Shown: one piece after another, positions 12,037 to 25,443 of the stretch
How positions within the stretch are numbered: the first letter of the stretch is position 1
Layout: every line of letters starts with the position of its first letter
Assembly: GCA_000934665.2 (NCBI GenBank)
Contig: KZ538647.1
Coordinates: 1-56,305 of the forward strand
From: Catajapyx aquilonaris
Lineage: Eukaryota
Direction: 5' to 3'
Length of the DNA: 56,305 nt
Notes under the pieces: generated by a model
The model's input: the letters and a program-made list of their open reading frames with translations, nothing else
Told to the model about the DNA's origin: nothing
Database searches by the model: none
Position numbers and translations under genes: made by a program

Positions 12037-12400
12037 AGAGGATTTTTTTTACGAGCGCTACCGAGTGCGCACTCACACTCGCGCAAGTATATTGTTCCGA
12101 CGACAACAACGGAGCCACAGTTACTCCTCAGGGGCCAAATTCACACAGTGGTTGTCTCCAAGGCCCTATTTCTCTAACAGTGGTTCAAAATAATGTAAAC
12201 CCGGTTCAAGTTAATCCCAGTTCAGAGAGTCTCCGAACTTGGATTAAACCGGACTCGAACAGAGTGTATACATTTGAACCACTGTTGGAGAAATCGGGCC
12301 TATGATCCGTTCCAGGGTCTTGGCAACGTCGCACTCGAGGGTAGTGTTGGAAACAACTTGCGCGAACTGTGTCGAGCACTCGGTTGCGCTCATACAAAAA
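12037..12400. mobile_element. MITE family B copy (inverted relative to the 5654 copy) with a nested MITE
   Basis: ttttttttacgagcgctaccgagtgcgca ... gcactcggttgcgctcatacaaaaa; the body matches 5654-5946 in reverse. Confidence 0.8.
12162..12300. mobile_element. Nested ~140-bp MITE, possibly PIF/Harbinger-like
   Basis: TIRs ggccctatttctctaacagtggttcaaa / tttgaaccactgttggagaaatcgggcc; TSD not clearly preserved. Confidence 0.7.
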
Positions 12401-14850
12401 TATATTGGTATCTAGTCGCGTTTGTAATGGAATGATTACATCGTTGTGTCGAATAGTGTGGCCAGAAAGTGCAGATTTGAATTCCAGGTGGGGGTGGTGT
12501 CAAACAAAAAAAAGGGTTTGTCCAGTGCGCCACCGACTCTTGATAGGGCCAGTGTTACAGTAACTGGAATGTAGGCCAACCGCACGTACAGTGTGATCAA
12601 TATTTCAAGACTGCGGTTTGCAGCCTGGTCTTGCTTTTGTCCCAGTTGGGGGATTTTGAGAGGCCTGGACCAGCAGGACCGGGGCCAACTTTGTCCACTC
12701 GATATAAAAAGAGGCGGAAAAAGGATTCGGGCTTTTTTTTTTTAATACGGTTGTCCGAGTAGTACTATCATAAAGGGGGATTTTTTTTTTTTGGGGGGGG
12801 GCCAACCGGATCCCAGATGAGGTTGAAACAACAAACGCGCCGTATGTGCCACATGTTTAAGCAAACAAGTCACTGTAACTACAAGTCGTGATTGCGCCTT
12901 AATCATTGATGATTTTAATCAATGCTGTGTTTACTCCTGGTTCACTTATTCACCAAGGACTGAGACGCTGATTACATCTGAATTTGTCCTTGGCTCACGT
13001 GGGTCACATCCCTGCCCAATTGCAAACAAATTGCCGTAATTGTCTATATTGACAATGTGGCGATACAACATCCGTTGTGAGTAACGACCTCGCCATTTTC
13101 CAATTCCGCGCTCCAGTTGGCCCAGTCATTTCGCACTACTCCAGAGACATCTCTTTTCTTTTTTTACACTTCTAATGCACTACTGGACTGCAATTTATCT
13201 CCCCCAAAAAATTGACCGTAACAACAACAGATCAAAAATTGCAAATTAACGTTTATTTACGATTCGTGTGCTTGAAATTTGACAACTTTAATTGCGCCAT
13301 GTATCTGGCGCTAATTCCAAGCAACTCTTTGTGTCCAAACAATGCTGATGTGAACAAGGGTAAGCTGTAGTACCTGTAATTACAAGCGATAAGTGGATTA
13401 TTCGAGTACGCTTATAGGCGTGTGTGCTTTTCAGATTCTGAGACCAAAAAAAAGGTATCATAAATCCACCTCGGGGGCCTTAGATATATCCTGGAAGCAG
13501 ATATTATTCTCTTTTTTATGGGCCCCAGTGCACTGGTCGTGATGAATGGTCGGGGGTGACTTGCTGCTGGGGGCAGAGCAGAAAGAAAATAATGGAGGCC
13601 AGGTCGAGGGGGGATCCAGCCGACAAAACTAATAATCACAACTTACGGAGGCAGATGCTACCAGTCAACCAAAATATTACATGCTAACAATAATTATCGA
13701 CAACAATTAAAACAGGGAAAACACACAGTCTCGTGCGCCATGATTATTTAATAACCGTGATGCATATTGATAGCACTAACAGTAAGTAGATTTTCTTACA
13801 ATGCTTTTAAGGGGCTTGGGTGAACGTAGGATGCTTCGAAGGATCCGCTTCATTTGACTCTCATATTTTATTCACAGCTTTCTATACGAGAATGCTTCTT
13901 CTCTAAAAAGTATTAAAATATTTATTTATTCTCTCGACGTTGGGAACGGCAGCGGCTTGAAATATTCGTTCGATCCGAGACCGTTTGTTTGTTTTCTCGT
14001 ATACACATTTCATAATGCAACCATCGTTGCTTGTTGAATGCTGCACGCAGAGAATATTCTAAGAAACACAATAGTATAGCAAACTTTAGGGAATGAAACA
14101 CATCCTGATTATTTCTGGCCACTGCGTCTCGCAATTGTAACAATGCTTTGCGAGAAGATTTTTCAATGGGGACTGGAGGCATTACTTTTGAGAGTACAAA
14201 CTGGGTCGGAGGAAGCAAATAAAATCTGAAGGAGAAAGAGAAGAGTCTTAGTACTTGCGGTCCTTTGAAATCTCCGCGGTTCGAAATGAAAATGAGGTAG
14301 GAAAAAAATAGGTGGGTGGGTAGCTGGCTCTTGGCTAATTAATAATGAAGGAGCCCTCCCTCTAAGCAGCAGATATGCTACATGAAAGGGAGTATTATCT
14401 TCATTGCATTAATTAGATGGGACGTGGAGAAGATGCAATTAAGGAGGTTGGGATGGAATAAGATGCTTGCTTGGCAACTCCCTGAAATCAGGTCTCGCCA
14501 AATCACTGCCTCAACAGTCGCAAAGGGATGGTCCAGGTGGAGTGTCCCCATTTTGTCTCATTAATCCGCTTTTAATTAAGCGGTATTATTAAAATGTTCG
14601 GTACATGGAATAGCCACGAGAATGAAATTTAAATATTGTTCAGAGTGAATCACTTGCAATGAAACGTGGATGTGCATTGCAATGAAATAATGATGCTCTG
14701 TAATAAATATATTCTTTCTATATAGTTTACCCGACTGAACCGATTTGAATTATTCAACAAGGTGTATGCATAGTGGCTAACTGTGGTTAGCATTGCTTCA
14801 TTGCCAGGCATGTCCATCACAGTGCTGATTTATAGATCATTATTATCTAA

Positions 14851-15040
14851 CTAGTGTCAAAGTGCGCCGCTTCAAACTGCGGCTAAAGTGCTACAAAGTT
14901 GTTAACTAATAACAAAATTATTCACGAAGTAACCGCATCCTTTGATTTTGTTCCAAACGAGCCGCAATAAAGTGGTCTCCATTGTGGTCCAACCACTCAC
15001 GTCCTCGCAAAAAGAGTGTACTCTCCTATAAATAGAGAGA
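14851..15040 (-). mobile_element. Minimal non-autonomous Helitron (190 bp)
   Basis: Minus strand reads A|TCTCTCTATTTATAGG...GCCGCagtttgaaGCGGC-gcactttgaca-CTAG|T: 5' TC, subterminal GC hairpin, 3' CTAG, A/T target, no TSD. Confidence 0.7.
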
Positions 15041-16802
15041 TTTCTCGTGATGCGGACTAATGAAAATTAATTAAGCTTGTCCCATCATGTAACGAGTAAA
15101 AGTTGACTAGAATCTAACTTTAACCCCCAGAATCGAGTGTTTAAACATAAACCGCGGTTTGTGTGGCGTTAACTTCAAGTGCCAGCAAAGATGGCACGTC
15201 CTCTTTTGCCTTTATTGGGCCATATTACTCCTCTTCAATGAGGCAAAAAAATCTCGTTTACGAGCCTCTTCTTTTTTAAATGCGACCCATGCTGATTATG
15301 CTTTTAAAATGCAAAGCAGACGCCCCCTCCTTTTTTTTTAAAAAAAAAAAAGAAGTTTAATGCTTCGCAATATTCAAGCAGGCTTTTGTCCCTCCGGATT
15401 ATGCAATTTGTGAGCCCCGTTTATGCACATCGCGCACTCTTTTTTTCGAAATAATTTTACCGCTTGCTAGAGTGCAAGACTGACCCATGGAGGTTTCAAA
15501 ATGTCAAAGGTCATTCAGAAGGTTGGTGGGTGGTGGTGGTGGTGTATCCATCAGCTCGTATGATTCAAGCGGCCAAATTTTCATTAGAGAGGAACTTGCA
15601 TATTATATAAGTAAAATGGCTGGAATGGAAGGAAACATTTCTTCATCTGTTTGGTCCTGTCGTCATCTCTCTTTTAATGAGAAGACGCTCGTTGTCTTGG
15701 GCACACATAAAGCCCAGGCAAAGAGGAACGAGGAGCATGCCAACCATTAGTTTTCATCCCAGGAAGAAAGTAACAGTGGAAGGAAATGAAATATGGCGAA
15801 TTCCAGGGAATTAGCTCTTCCTGCTTATGCACTGCATAATGTATGTACGGTGGGTGTATTAGAAGGAGAAGTGGCAGTCTGCACTAATTAAGATGACTTC
15901 GTGAGGCAGAAGAAAAGGCCTTGGGGTGACCAGCTGTGCTAACCAGGACTTTTGAGCAGATGAACGTCAGCAATAAACCAGCTTATTTCCAGGAATGACT
16001 GCGCAATGGGCGGGTATAAAAAAATTGTAATTATTCTGGAGAAATTATACGAGTTTTTTTGGTATCCGACAGCATGACCCGGAGCAGTCACTAATAGCTC
16101 AAACGCTGTGCCAATCACACGTCCGGCTTGTTATGCATTGTGTGATGCAAGTAATTAATATGATGGGATCGAAATTGGATTACTTTGTTTTTGTTTAAAA
16201 ATGTGCCGAGCTAATTCTGTCCCCCTTTGGCTTCATTCAGCGTAAAACGGATGTCAAAATTAGCTTTCCCCGTGGTAGCTAATTTTTTCATAATAAGTTT
16301 GGCGCAATAAAATGGCACGGAATGCTTCATTCGAGTAAAGCGGTTTGCCAGTATTGGTTGTTACTGAGTGATGAAATTAAGCTCCGACCGCAAATAGTAA
16401 GTTTATTATGTTGGAGGAGGAGGAGGAAGGAAAGTAATGATCCGCAATGGCATTTGATGTCTTGAGAGGATTGCGGTTTGGCCGTGGTTGGAAGCGGAAT
16501 TCCTTCCGAGTTGCGTTGGCTCTCTCCTCTTTGATCTCCCAATTGAATAACAAGAGAGTTACTTGAGAGAAGGGCCGAGAGAGAGTAGTCTCTGCCCGGA
16601 TATTCGCAGCAGAATCAGAGATATTTGCAAAATAGGGGCGTTTTCCGGCCCGTTGAGCCTCCTCATTGACAAAGTGCTGCTCATGCTGGAGCCTCCATCC
16701 AAACCAGATGGACACACTTCGAAAAGACATATACTGGATAAGTAAATCCAGCGTTGACCAAAAAAAGAACACTCAACTACTATATTCTACTGTAGTAGAC
16801 GT

Positions 16803-16906
16803 CTAACAGATGGCTCGCATCCTCCCTCTCTGGACAGTGCTGCCACTCTCATGTCATGCGGGGGAAAGTGGTACTACATGCACGTTGGTGATGAGTCACC
16901 GCGACG
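16803..16906. repeat. Dispersed repeat family H (also ~24365-24460)
   Basis: Both copies carry ctaacagatggc..catcct..ctctct...gtactac.tgcacgttggtgatgagtcaccg. Confidence 0.65.
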
Positions 16907-16976
16907 ACAAAGTCCATTAGGGCGCTATAACTACCGCCTTTGTTGAAGTGTGTCCCAACCTCTCTGATAGCCATAG

Positions 16977-17293
16977 CCGGGTACATAAGAGGAGCAAACA
17001 TTCGATTTCCGCGTCTCTCTGTTTGGGCCGTTGCCATTTAGAAGTGTGGGCAACGCCAATGAGGTATAAATAGGGTACAGGCAAAAATAGGGTCCGCCAT
17101 CTTTGATTCGCTCGTGTTCTTGCCGTGTAGTTGCCATGGCCGCCAAAACCATCAAAGATGGCGGACCCTATTTTTGCCTGTACCCTGTTTATACCTCGTT
17201 GGCGTTCCCCACACTTCAAGATGGCCGCCAGCCTTGGCAACGGCCCCAAACAGAGAGACGCGGACATCAAAGCCTTATGTATTATGCTCCCTG
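16977..17293. mobile_element. Foldback MITE family A, copy 1; 7-bp TSD GCCATAG
   Basis: ~125-bp inverted arms (ggtataaatagggtacaggcaaaaatagggtccgccatctttgat); right end tatgctccctg; gccatag at 16970-16976 and 17294-17300. Confidence 0.88.
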
Positions 17294-20289
17294 GCCATAG
17301 AGAGTGAACCTGTTGTGTCTTGTCATTATTGAACGGATAAAGTGATATCTATGGTAACTACATGCACCTAGGTCAACTGGTATCCTGGAGTCTGAGAGAA
17401 TTGTGGATATGATGAGGAGGTCCTCTCCTTATGCGACCATCTCCTCCTCGTCCAATTTGGACCAAAACCGGATTGGGAAATTAGGACCGCATCCAGTCGA
17501 GTATTTTCTATTCATCCTGCAGGCAAACAAAGGCCTTTTTTCCCCCCTCTGCAGGTCTCTAAAAATTTGGTAGGGTATGCAGGAGAGGGTTTCAGAGCCT
17601 GTTTGCTGCCTACAAATTGGGGGCTGGGAAAGGACCCCCTCCTCCCATGTCTAGCAGGCCAGAATAATCAAGCAATCTTATTAGCCCCCAGAGGAAAACT
17701 AGACTCTTGTATTGCACCAAAAAGAGGGTTGAACGAACTTTGTCTTACGTAGTAAAGTGGACCCGGCCTGGTTTCAATCCGTGCCCGTCTAAATGGGGCT
17801 AGTTTGTCAACAAAGCAGTCCAATGAGACTGTATTTGCCTGATAATTGTCTCGTCTCCTATTGCTGACCAGAGCAGGTCAGTAGGCCACTCTGTAATTGA
17901 ATGATACCCTCGGGATGAAAGAGGAGGAAACAACAACTGGGTGGTGAGAGAGGTTTCAATTGATTGGCCAGCAACAATGGCCCCGGTGGGTGGGTTGTTT
18001 GTGCCGCGGTCTGACACGAGGTGTGAATAGAAGTAAGGTGTCCGTTGTTGTGTGTGCGAAACAATGCAGCGGGGTCTCATTGATGGCTGCGTACTCTCAC
18101 ACCCAAACATGACACGACAACAAACCTTTCTAACCAAAATGGTCTGGTAAAAAATAGTCGTGTCCAATCATAGCGAGTACACTCTAATAATTACCCTACC
18201 CTGCATTATTTAAAAAAAAAAATCTGCGGTCTGAAATTATTTTAATGAGCGACCTCGCCTAATAATTAACTAATTAAACGAACCCAATAATTATGAACAT
18301 TAACGAGGCTTCGGTAATTAATTTCAATACTTTTGTACATAGTCGCATCAGCGTTAATGACTCGGATAATAAATTTCTCGGTGTATTTTTTGCCGGCGAA
18401 ATTTACCCGATTATTATCAGTCCGACTGGAGACAAACTCCCAGTATTCTGTTCGTACACCTATGCGATAATCCGAAATGCAATTAACCGAGTTCCGCATT
18501 TTTCTTTAAGACAACAATGGGATAGGTGCTGACACAAAAATAGCAATTACATGGCAATCGGATCATCCTCGCACGATGCAAGGTCCGGCATGAATTCCAA
18601 TCAGCCCTGCAACAATGCCCGGTCATTGTTGAAGAAACATGCGAGGCTTCCCCCCCCCCCCAAAAAAAAAGACCTTTCCTGCTGGGTAATACTCCAGCCA
18701 GGTTAATTGTATTTGTCGGATTATCTCCCCGACCAATAACAGCCCCCGTCGCTTATCCCTCTCTAACAAATCCCTCAAACCCTGGCTTCAATTTTGCAAG
18801 GGCCATAATATTTCGAGGGAGATCCGCAATGATCCCGGATCAAAGGAAACGGCCATGAAAATTCACTCCTGGCAATAAAGTGGCTTGGGGGGTGTTTTAA
18901 TCCTCGTTTAGATCCGGCTTCGGTTAAAGTCTTTGCCCGAAATCCGGGACCCGCAATTATCCCAGAAGCGCGACTCTCTTGTGCCCAGCAGGTGAGGTGA
19001 GAGTTTGGGTTGGTCAACAATGCTTTTCCGCGGATAATGTTGCGCATCGGATAATGGCATCGTCATTTCCGCCGTTTTTATTGCCGACAATGGTGCACTT
19101 GGCAGTTTTACACCCGGTTTTAACTGCGCCCATTGCAAGCTTAATCGCGTTCACCTAGATACAAAACAAAATGGACTCTAGCGGGCAAAAGTGTGTTCCT
19201 CTCTGGATCCGTGTTATGAAACACCCGGTGCTTCCGCCGCCTTGATGCTGACTCGATCTTAATTATCCACGCTGCACTGGGTTGATGTACAGAGCACGGC
19301 GTAATGCCCATTACACCACCGACAGCGCAGAGAGAAATTGGTACGAAATGAGGAACAGAATTGGCATCAAAGGGCACTTGCCACGAAATAATAACGCTGT
19401 AATTACAACCGCCCAAGCTCATGCACAGCTCGACTAACATGTGTGTGGAGACTGTAACGAGACTACTCTGCCACTAAGTAAGTACATACTGTACCACGTA
19501 TTACGACACTGCATGTAACATATCCCCCTTTTCAAGCGGAGTACAAGGTGGCAGATAATTACCCTGCCTTCCTTCGCGCAAGTTGGATCCGGGCCCAGCA
19601 GGTGTTTGCAGCGTGGGAATTCAGGCGGGCTCCTTTGTGATGCCCCGAAGTGGATGTCCCAGATAGTACCCCAGTTAGTTTGGTCATCCACAATCAAGAG
19701 GCTTTGAGGCTGCATGCCTCCAGGCCGAATCAGATGCAATATCTCTGACAGAGAAGCTGCCTCTTTCGGAGCCTAGTTTGTGCTCCGCTGGAGGCCGTTT
19801 ATTCTGCTGGAGAGAGATGCGTTTTCCTCCTAAAAGCACCAGTAGCCGCAAGAAGCAACCTGGCCATTTCCATGCAAATCCGTATCATCGCGGTCCATTC
19901 TGGGGAAGCCTCCCTGGACCAAACAGCCCATTCAAACACCAGGAGTCGCAGGGTGACCTCGGCCCCAAATCCTTGTAAAGGGGTATGCCTCCTCTTCCAG
20001 CGGAGGAAAAGCTGCCTGTGACGAATGGCAAGGGGGCGACGGAAATGATCGAGTGTCTTTTCTGGTGCAGCTGGCAAAGGATTACTCTTTTTAGTTGGTC
20101 ACGTAACGGGGATAAAAATGGAGGCCAGGTTGGAAGGAAGCGGGTTTCGTGTGGTCACGCGCAGGATTCCCAAACTTTCTTAGGGTCTCGTTCCTTGCCA
20201 GGATAATCGCTCTAGACGGATTTAAAGCGTTATTCAGGCCACCCGCTACTACTCTTCGATGGAATAATACTAACTTATCGATGAGACTA

Positions 20290-20845
20290 TTTTATGGATT
20301 TTCATCCAACACATTAGAGGGCGCACTGCCCTTATTTCCAACGCTACGCTTGGGGGGAACAAAATGGCCCACGTGGCTCTGAAACCGAACCTCAGGAGGT
20401 CGCGGGAAGGGAGCATATAGGCTACTACATAAGAGGCGCAAACTTCTGCGCCTTTGATGTCCGCGCCTCTCAGTTTGGGGCCGTGGGGAACGCCAACGAG
20501 GTATAAATAGGGTACAGGCAAAAATAGGGTCCGCCATCTTTGATGATTTTGGCGGCCATGGCAACTACACGGCAAGAACACGCGCGAATCAAAGACGGCG
20601 GACCCTATTTTTGCCTGTACCCCATTTATACCTCGTTGGCGTTCCCCACACTTCAAAATGGCCGCCAGCCTTGGCAACGCCCCAAACAGAGAGACGCGGA
20701 AATCGAATGTTTGCACCTCTTATGTAGTATATATGCTCCCTGTCACGGGTGTGAAGTCGGCCCCTGAGGAATATCTATGGAAACGTTTGTGTTGGAACAA
20801 TGAAGCTGCGCGGGTGTGGATGCGCACTCGGTTGCGCTCGTAAAA
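20290..20845. mobile_element. MITE family B copy interrupted by a family A element (left end approximate)
   Basis: cttatttccaacgctacgc...ggctctgaaaccgaacct [insert] tgtgaagtcggcccctgagg...gcgcactcggttgcgctcgtaaaa. Confidence 0.7.
20407..20742. mobile_element. Foldback MITE family A, copy 2 (opposite orientation); 7-bp TSD tcgcggg/tcacggg
   Basis: Ends (a)agggagcatat...ctacataagagg / cctcttatgtag...tatatgctccctg; the central loop is reversed relative to copies 1 and 3. Confidence 0.88.
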
Positions 20846-20891
20846 CAATTACGTTATATGGATGGAAATAATGTCGTTGGTACTATTTTAT

Positions 20892-21160
20892 GAATTTTCT
20901 TACGAACGAGTGTGTACCACCTTTCGCGGAGCGTGCACGGTTGGAATTATTATCAATAATAGCTGGTATAGTGGATGTACTGCTCTTATTTCCAACACTA
21001 GGCTTGAGGAGCCAAAATGGCCGACGTTTGCGACGTTGCCGAGGCTCTGAAACGAACCTGAGGCAGCAATTGTGAATTTGGCTTCTGGGGAATAACTCTG
21101 GCGACATTGGTGTCGTAACAATAGAGCTGCGCGAGTGTGGATGCGCCCCTGTAAAAAATT
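20892..21160. mobile_element. MITE family B copy without an insertion (empty site)
   Basis: Uninterrupted ggctctgaaacgaacctgaggcagcaattgtgaatttggc at 21043-21082. Confidence 0.7.
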
Positions 21161-21614
21161 CGTCGAAAATAATATATTATTGGATAACTCGAAAATATTA
21201 TTCAATAACTCGAAGCTCCTACTCAACCTCTGTCCGGAGAGGTGGAACTAGGAGGAGTCAAAGTAGCCACGGCCAATCACAGCCATTGACGTCGCAGCCA
21301 ATCGCTGACTCAATACGCCACCCATGAATATCGATGCAATCGGCAGAAAATATCGATATATCAGAGAGGGTCGTTTGAAATATATAAGGCTGCAAAGCTG
21401 TAGACAGTAAGTACTACTGATATTGGGATTTTTATATGCATGTTGTACTTACTTTTTTATCGTTTAAAAATTCGAGGATATCTTAGTACTTGGTGTGCCG
21501 ATTGATGATGAGCATAAAGGAAGAGATGGGTTGTTAATACGGGGGAAAACCCTACCTGTCAAGTGGTGGGTGGTGGTGAATGATGACTGGTAGCGAGAGA
21601 AAGGCGCGAAAGAT

Positions 21615-21797
21615 GATAAGCTTCGAAGGCATTTGAATAAGAAGGTCTAATCTGCGAATCGATGGAGCGCGAATCGCGAACCATAAATTTTGCAAACTTA
21701 TGGACTGCTGGTTGAGGAGGATGGAGTATAGAGGAGGGGAAGGTCGTGAACAACCCATGGAAAAAGGCCGTTGCTTGAAATATATCTCTCCGGGAGG
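21615..21797. repeat. Dispersed repeat family E (also ~36790-37005)
   Basis: Both copies share tctaatctgcgaatcgatggagcgcgaatcgcg...cataaattttgcaaa. Confidence 0.7.
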
Positions 21798-22689
21798 AAA
21801 CTTTTATACTCGGATTGAAATAACACCCTCCGTGCTCGGTGATGCATTGCCCATAAAGTGGATTGTTCAACCCAGCAACTGCAGTACAAAGCAGCAATCA
21901 ATTTTGAGAGATTTTTTTTCTATTAATGGCCGTTGAGACCGGATCCGCTTTGTCGAACCGAACGCGCTTTGAGAAGACGTTTTTTTGCAAACAGACATAC
22001 ACATTGTGAGATTGAATAGAGGGGAAGAGAGTCCGATGAAAAGAAGGCTTACAGTCTGGAAGGAAATGCGTTTTGATTGTGTGAATATAAGTCCTCGGAA
22101 GAAATCGGCTTTTTTTCTCTCTCTCAGAATCCGCACCAAACGATCGCTCTTGCACACAATATTTAAGAAGTAGGATTATAAGTCAAAAAAATCGGACAGA
22201 ATAAACCCATTCGATGCAAGGTATCAGCATATTCTCAACATAATGCGAGCAGGTTAAACGCGCATAAATTTCACTTTAACTGCTAAAAATAAGAAGCGCT
22301 GCTTTCTTTAAAAGGCCTGCAGGGAATGAGATTTTGATGGATCCATCATTGTTGGGGGGATGTCGAATCCTCCCCCTCTTGGGCATTAAAAAAAGGCCTT
22401 TAAAATCCTCCCTTTTCTTCCCCCACTTCCCACTGAGAAACGCATCGGCTTATTGATATTTTCACTCTTCTATCCATACAGTATTTTCGTCTCGCTTCTT
22501 TTGTGTAACACCCCCTCCTCCGAGCGACCGTGATGCAACACTTTATATGGATGAATACAGCGCAGAGCGAACAATGTTGCAAATATTCTTTGGCTCCGAG
22601 CGATCGAGAAGGAAAGACGGAGGTTGCCAGAATTGCGCAAGAATACATCGGAAGAACGGTGCTCGGATTTTTAAAGCAGTAGTTGGATA

Positions 22690-23570
22690 CAGTCGAATCC
22701 GGATAATATTGCGTCGGATTTATTTGCATAATTATGATCGTCGATGCGTTGCGAAATTCAGCCGGATTATTGCATAAAATGCGTACAAATCCGTATATTT
22801 GCATAAGCACGTGCATTTCGAATAATTGAAACCTCGAGTATCCAAAGGTCCCAAGTCCACATTTTGACCATTTCGAGTTACATGTATGGGGGGNNNNNNN
22901 NNNNNNNNNNNNNNNNNNNNNNNNNNNNNNNNNNNNNNNNNNGGGGGGGGGGGAAATCACGAAAATTTTTCCCCCCATTTCGATCATTACTTATCAATTT
23001 CGGTTTTATTGTCTCTCCTGAAAAGTTGAGGTGGTTGGACTTGGGACCTTTTGCAACTGAAGGTTTCAATTGTATACATACGTAAAATCTGGATAATTGC
23101 ATAAATTGTGTAAAAATTTTGACGATTACACAAAATTGATCAAAATTATATTAAATGCATTGAAATCCGGATAATTGCGTAAGATTTATCGGCATATGAT
23201 CGTCGATTTATTGCGTAATTCAGCCGGATTATTGCATAAATGCATAAAATCCGGATATTTCCATATACACGTAAAATTCGGATAGTTACGTAAATACCTA
23301 AAATTCGGATAGTTGCGTACACTGTTTGAAAATTTTGACAATTGCGTAAAATTAATTAAAATACTGATAATTTCGTCGGATTTATTGGCCGTCAATGTGT
23401 TGCACAATTCAGCCGGACTATAAACGGATAATTGCATAAAATACGTAACATTATGTTAATTGCATAAATTGCGTAGAATTCTGAAAATTGCTCAAAATTG
23501 GTCAGATTTCTGATGATTGCATAAAATGGGTATAAATCCGGATAATGGGATAAAATGCGTAAAATGCCTG
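22690..23570. repeat. Degenerate ~20-bp tandem repeat (atccggataattgcataaaatgcgta-like) with a TIR element spanning an assembly gap
   Basis: Many ccggat(a/t)attgc(a/g)taaa variants; aattgaaacct...aaaggtcccaagtcca (~22823-22859) is inverted at ~23036-23071. Confidence 0.65.
22894..22942. other. Assembly gap (N run) between G homopolymers
   Basis: Run of n flanked by poly-G on both sides. Confidence 0.99.
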
Positions 23571-23710
23571 ATGTTTGAGAGCCTTGCGAAGAAGGATGAT
23601 TGTCACTTGCGGGTTTCCAGCAGGGTAGTTATCGGCTTGGGGGGTAGCAGGTGTGGAGAATAGGTGTCATTCTATTTGGGCGGAATTGGCTTGGCGATCA
23701 TTCCTTCTCC

Positions 23711-23766
23711 AGGCAGGCAGGGAGGCAGGCAGGCAGGCAGGCTAGGCAGGCAGGCTAGGCAGGCAG
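23711..23766. repeat. (AGGC)n microsatellite, imperfect
   Basis: aggcaggcagggaggcaggcaggcaggcaggctaggcaggcaggctaggcaggcag. Confidence 0.9.
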
Positions 23767-25443
23767 CTCCAGACAGACGGGCGTAAAGAAACGGACGAGG
23801 GAGGGACCTATCAGATTTCTTCCCCTTTTCCCTGCCTGCCAACCCTTATCTTCTCACAAAGCTCTTTTCTGCTGCTCCAAAGAGAAGCGCATTCAGCGGG
23901 GGTCAGGCCCAACCCAAAGAGTTGTGGCCCATATAATGGATGAGGCCTCATCGATTCCTCAAATGACATCATTTGAGAGCAACGCATATTGTTGTCAGGT
24001 GTTGGCAAACATTCAGTTCTCCTTTTTTTGAGGGGGCCAAACACACACACGCACACCATTCCGCCTGGATGACCGCCTGATTAGCTTTCGACTTCACCAA
24101 ACACACCATCCATCAACTTCAACTGGATTCTACCCTCTCCATCAAGCCAGCTTACAATACACCAGTCACTTGTCAATCCTAAGAGCAAACAACATGGCTC
24201 TAGAGCCGGCTTGTCTGGACCTGCTTTTTTTGGAGGAAGAGTTTTCGTCCACTATAAAGGGGGACATATTCGATGTAGAATACCGCAATAATTACCTCGC
24301 GAAAGTGAAAACATGGCAACACTTCCCGGCTCGCCCCGCACTTGGGAGGTAATACGATATGCCACTAACAGATGGCGCACATCCTCTCTCTCTGCCCACT
24401 ACTGCCATTCTCAGGGGGCAAGTCGTACTACGTGCACGTTGGTGATGAGTCACCGTGGACAGACACAGTCTCGCTTTTCCGAAGGGCCTAAAATTCCCCG
24501 TCATTTAGATGAGAAATTCGCGTCAGCTCCTTTCGGGACTGATCTGGGCCAAGTTGGGCCGGATAAGAACTGGATCAATAGGAACAAGGTTGGCCAAGGC
24601 ACGGGTAGAATGGGTAGAGAGAGAGAGAAAAGAGGTTTTAATTGTCCGAAGCCCGCTGCTTCCACCACATAAAACCAAGCAAAGTACGTGCCTCTGACGT
24701 CATCCGGCCATAAACTTGTTTCTCTAACAATGCTTTCGTTCGACCCGCCTGGCCCCGAAATTTTGGAAGGTAGAAACGTGACCTTATTTCACACCCAGGT
24801 CATATCCACCAGACACATGTTTGATTGGAGTTCGACGTCCCCTATTCCTTATTCTTCCTTTAGTTGGTAGCAGTGTTGCAGTCTAATTCGAAATAATCGC
24901 TTTTGGGAGCCCACAGTTATTGACTCCTTTTCTTTTATTTTACGACAGGAAGCTATCTAACGAGTTACGGATTTTTTCCAAAATATCGCATAAAATAGTC
25001 GGGGGGAGAGAAATAGAAAGAATCCCGATAAAAAGGCGCATAATTCGTGGCTCATTACCTTCCTCCCAAGCCTGGATCGGAATCCAATAGGAACCGCGTC
25101 TTTTTTGGGAGGGGGCCTACGAGGTTGGCAACATTTCGCATGATGCATTGCCTCCATTGGAAAGATTAGTAGCAAGTTATGGGTCGTTAAACAGGCGTAG
25201 TTATATATGCACCTTTTTATATTTAGGGAAAAATTCCTCTTCGATACTATAAAATCGATCGAAATAAACGATCAAAAGATAGGCCAGTTGCCCCATAAAA
25301 TTTAAACAAATGCAAATTAATTTACTAAAATCAATTTGATGTTTATGGAGTCCTTTCTTCGCACCCACCTGTTTCCATGACCACGTAATCGACAACAATC
25401 GATGGCTATTTTTTGATGCCATGGAAAAATCACATTGTCGTGA

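Noticed and set aside
16886..16912. Hammerhead-like tgatgagtc...gacgaca (also ctgatga at 9461 and 5859)
   Set aside because: The core deviates from CUGANGA...GAAA, and no stems I/III with an NUH site could be built.
21270..21392. Two CCAAT boxes, TGACGTC and TATATAA resembling a promoter
   Set aside because: No downstream gene or LTR partner was found, and such short motifs are common by chance.
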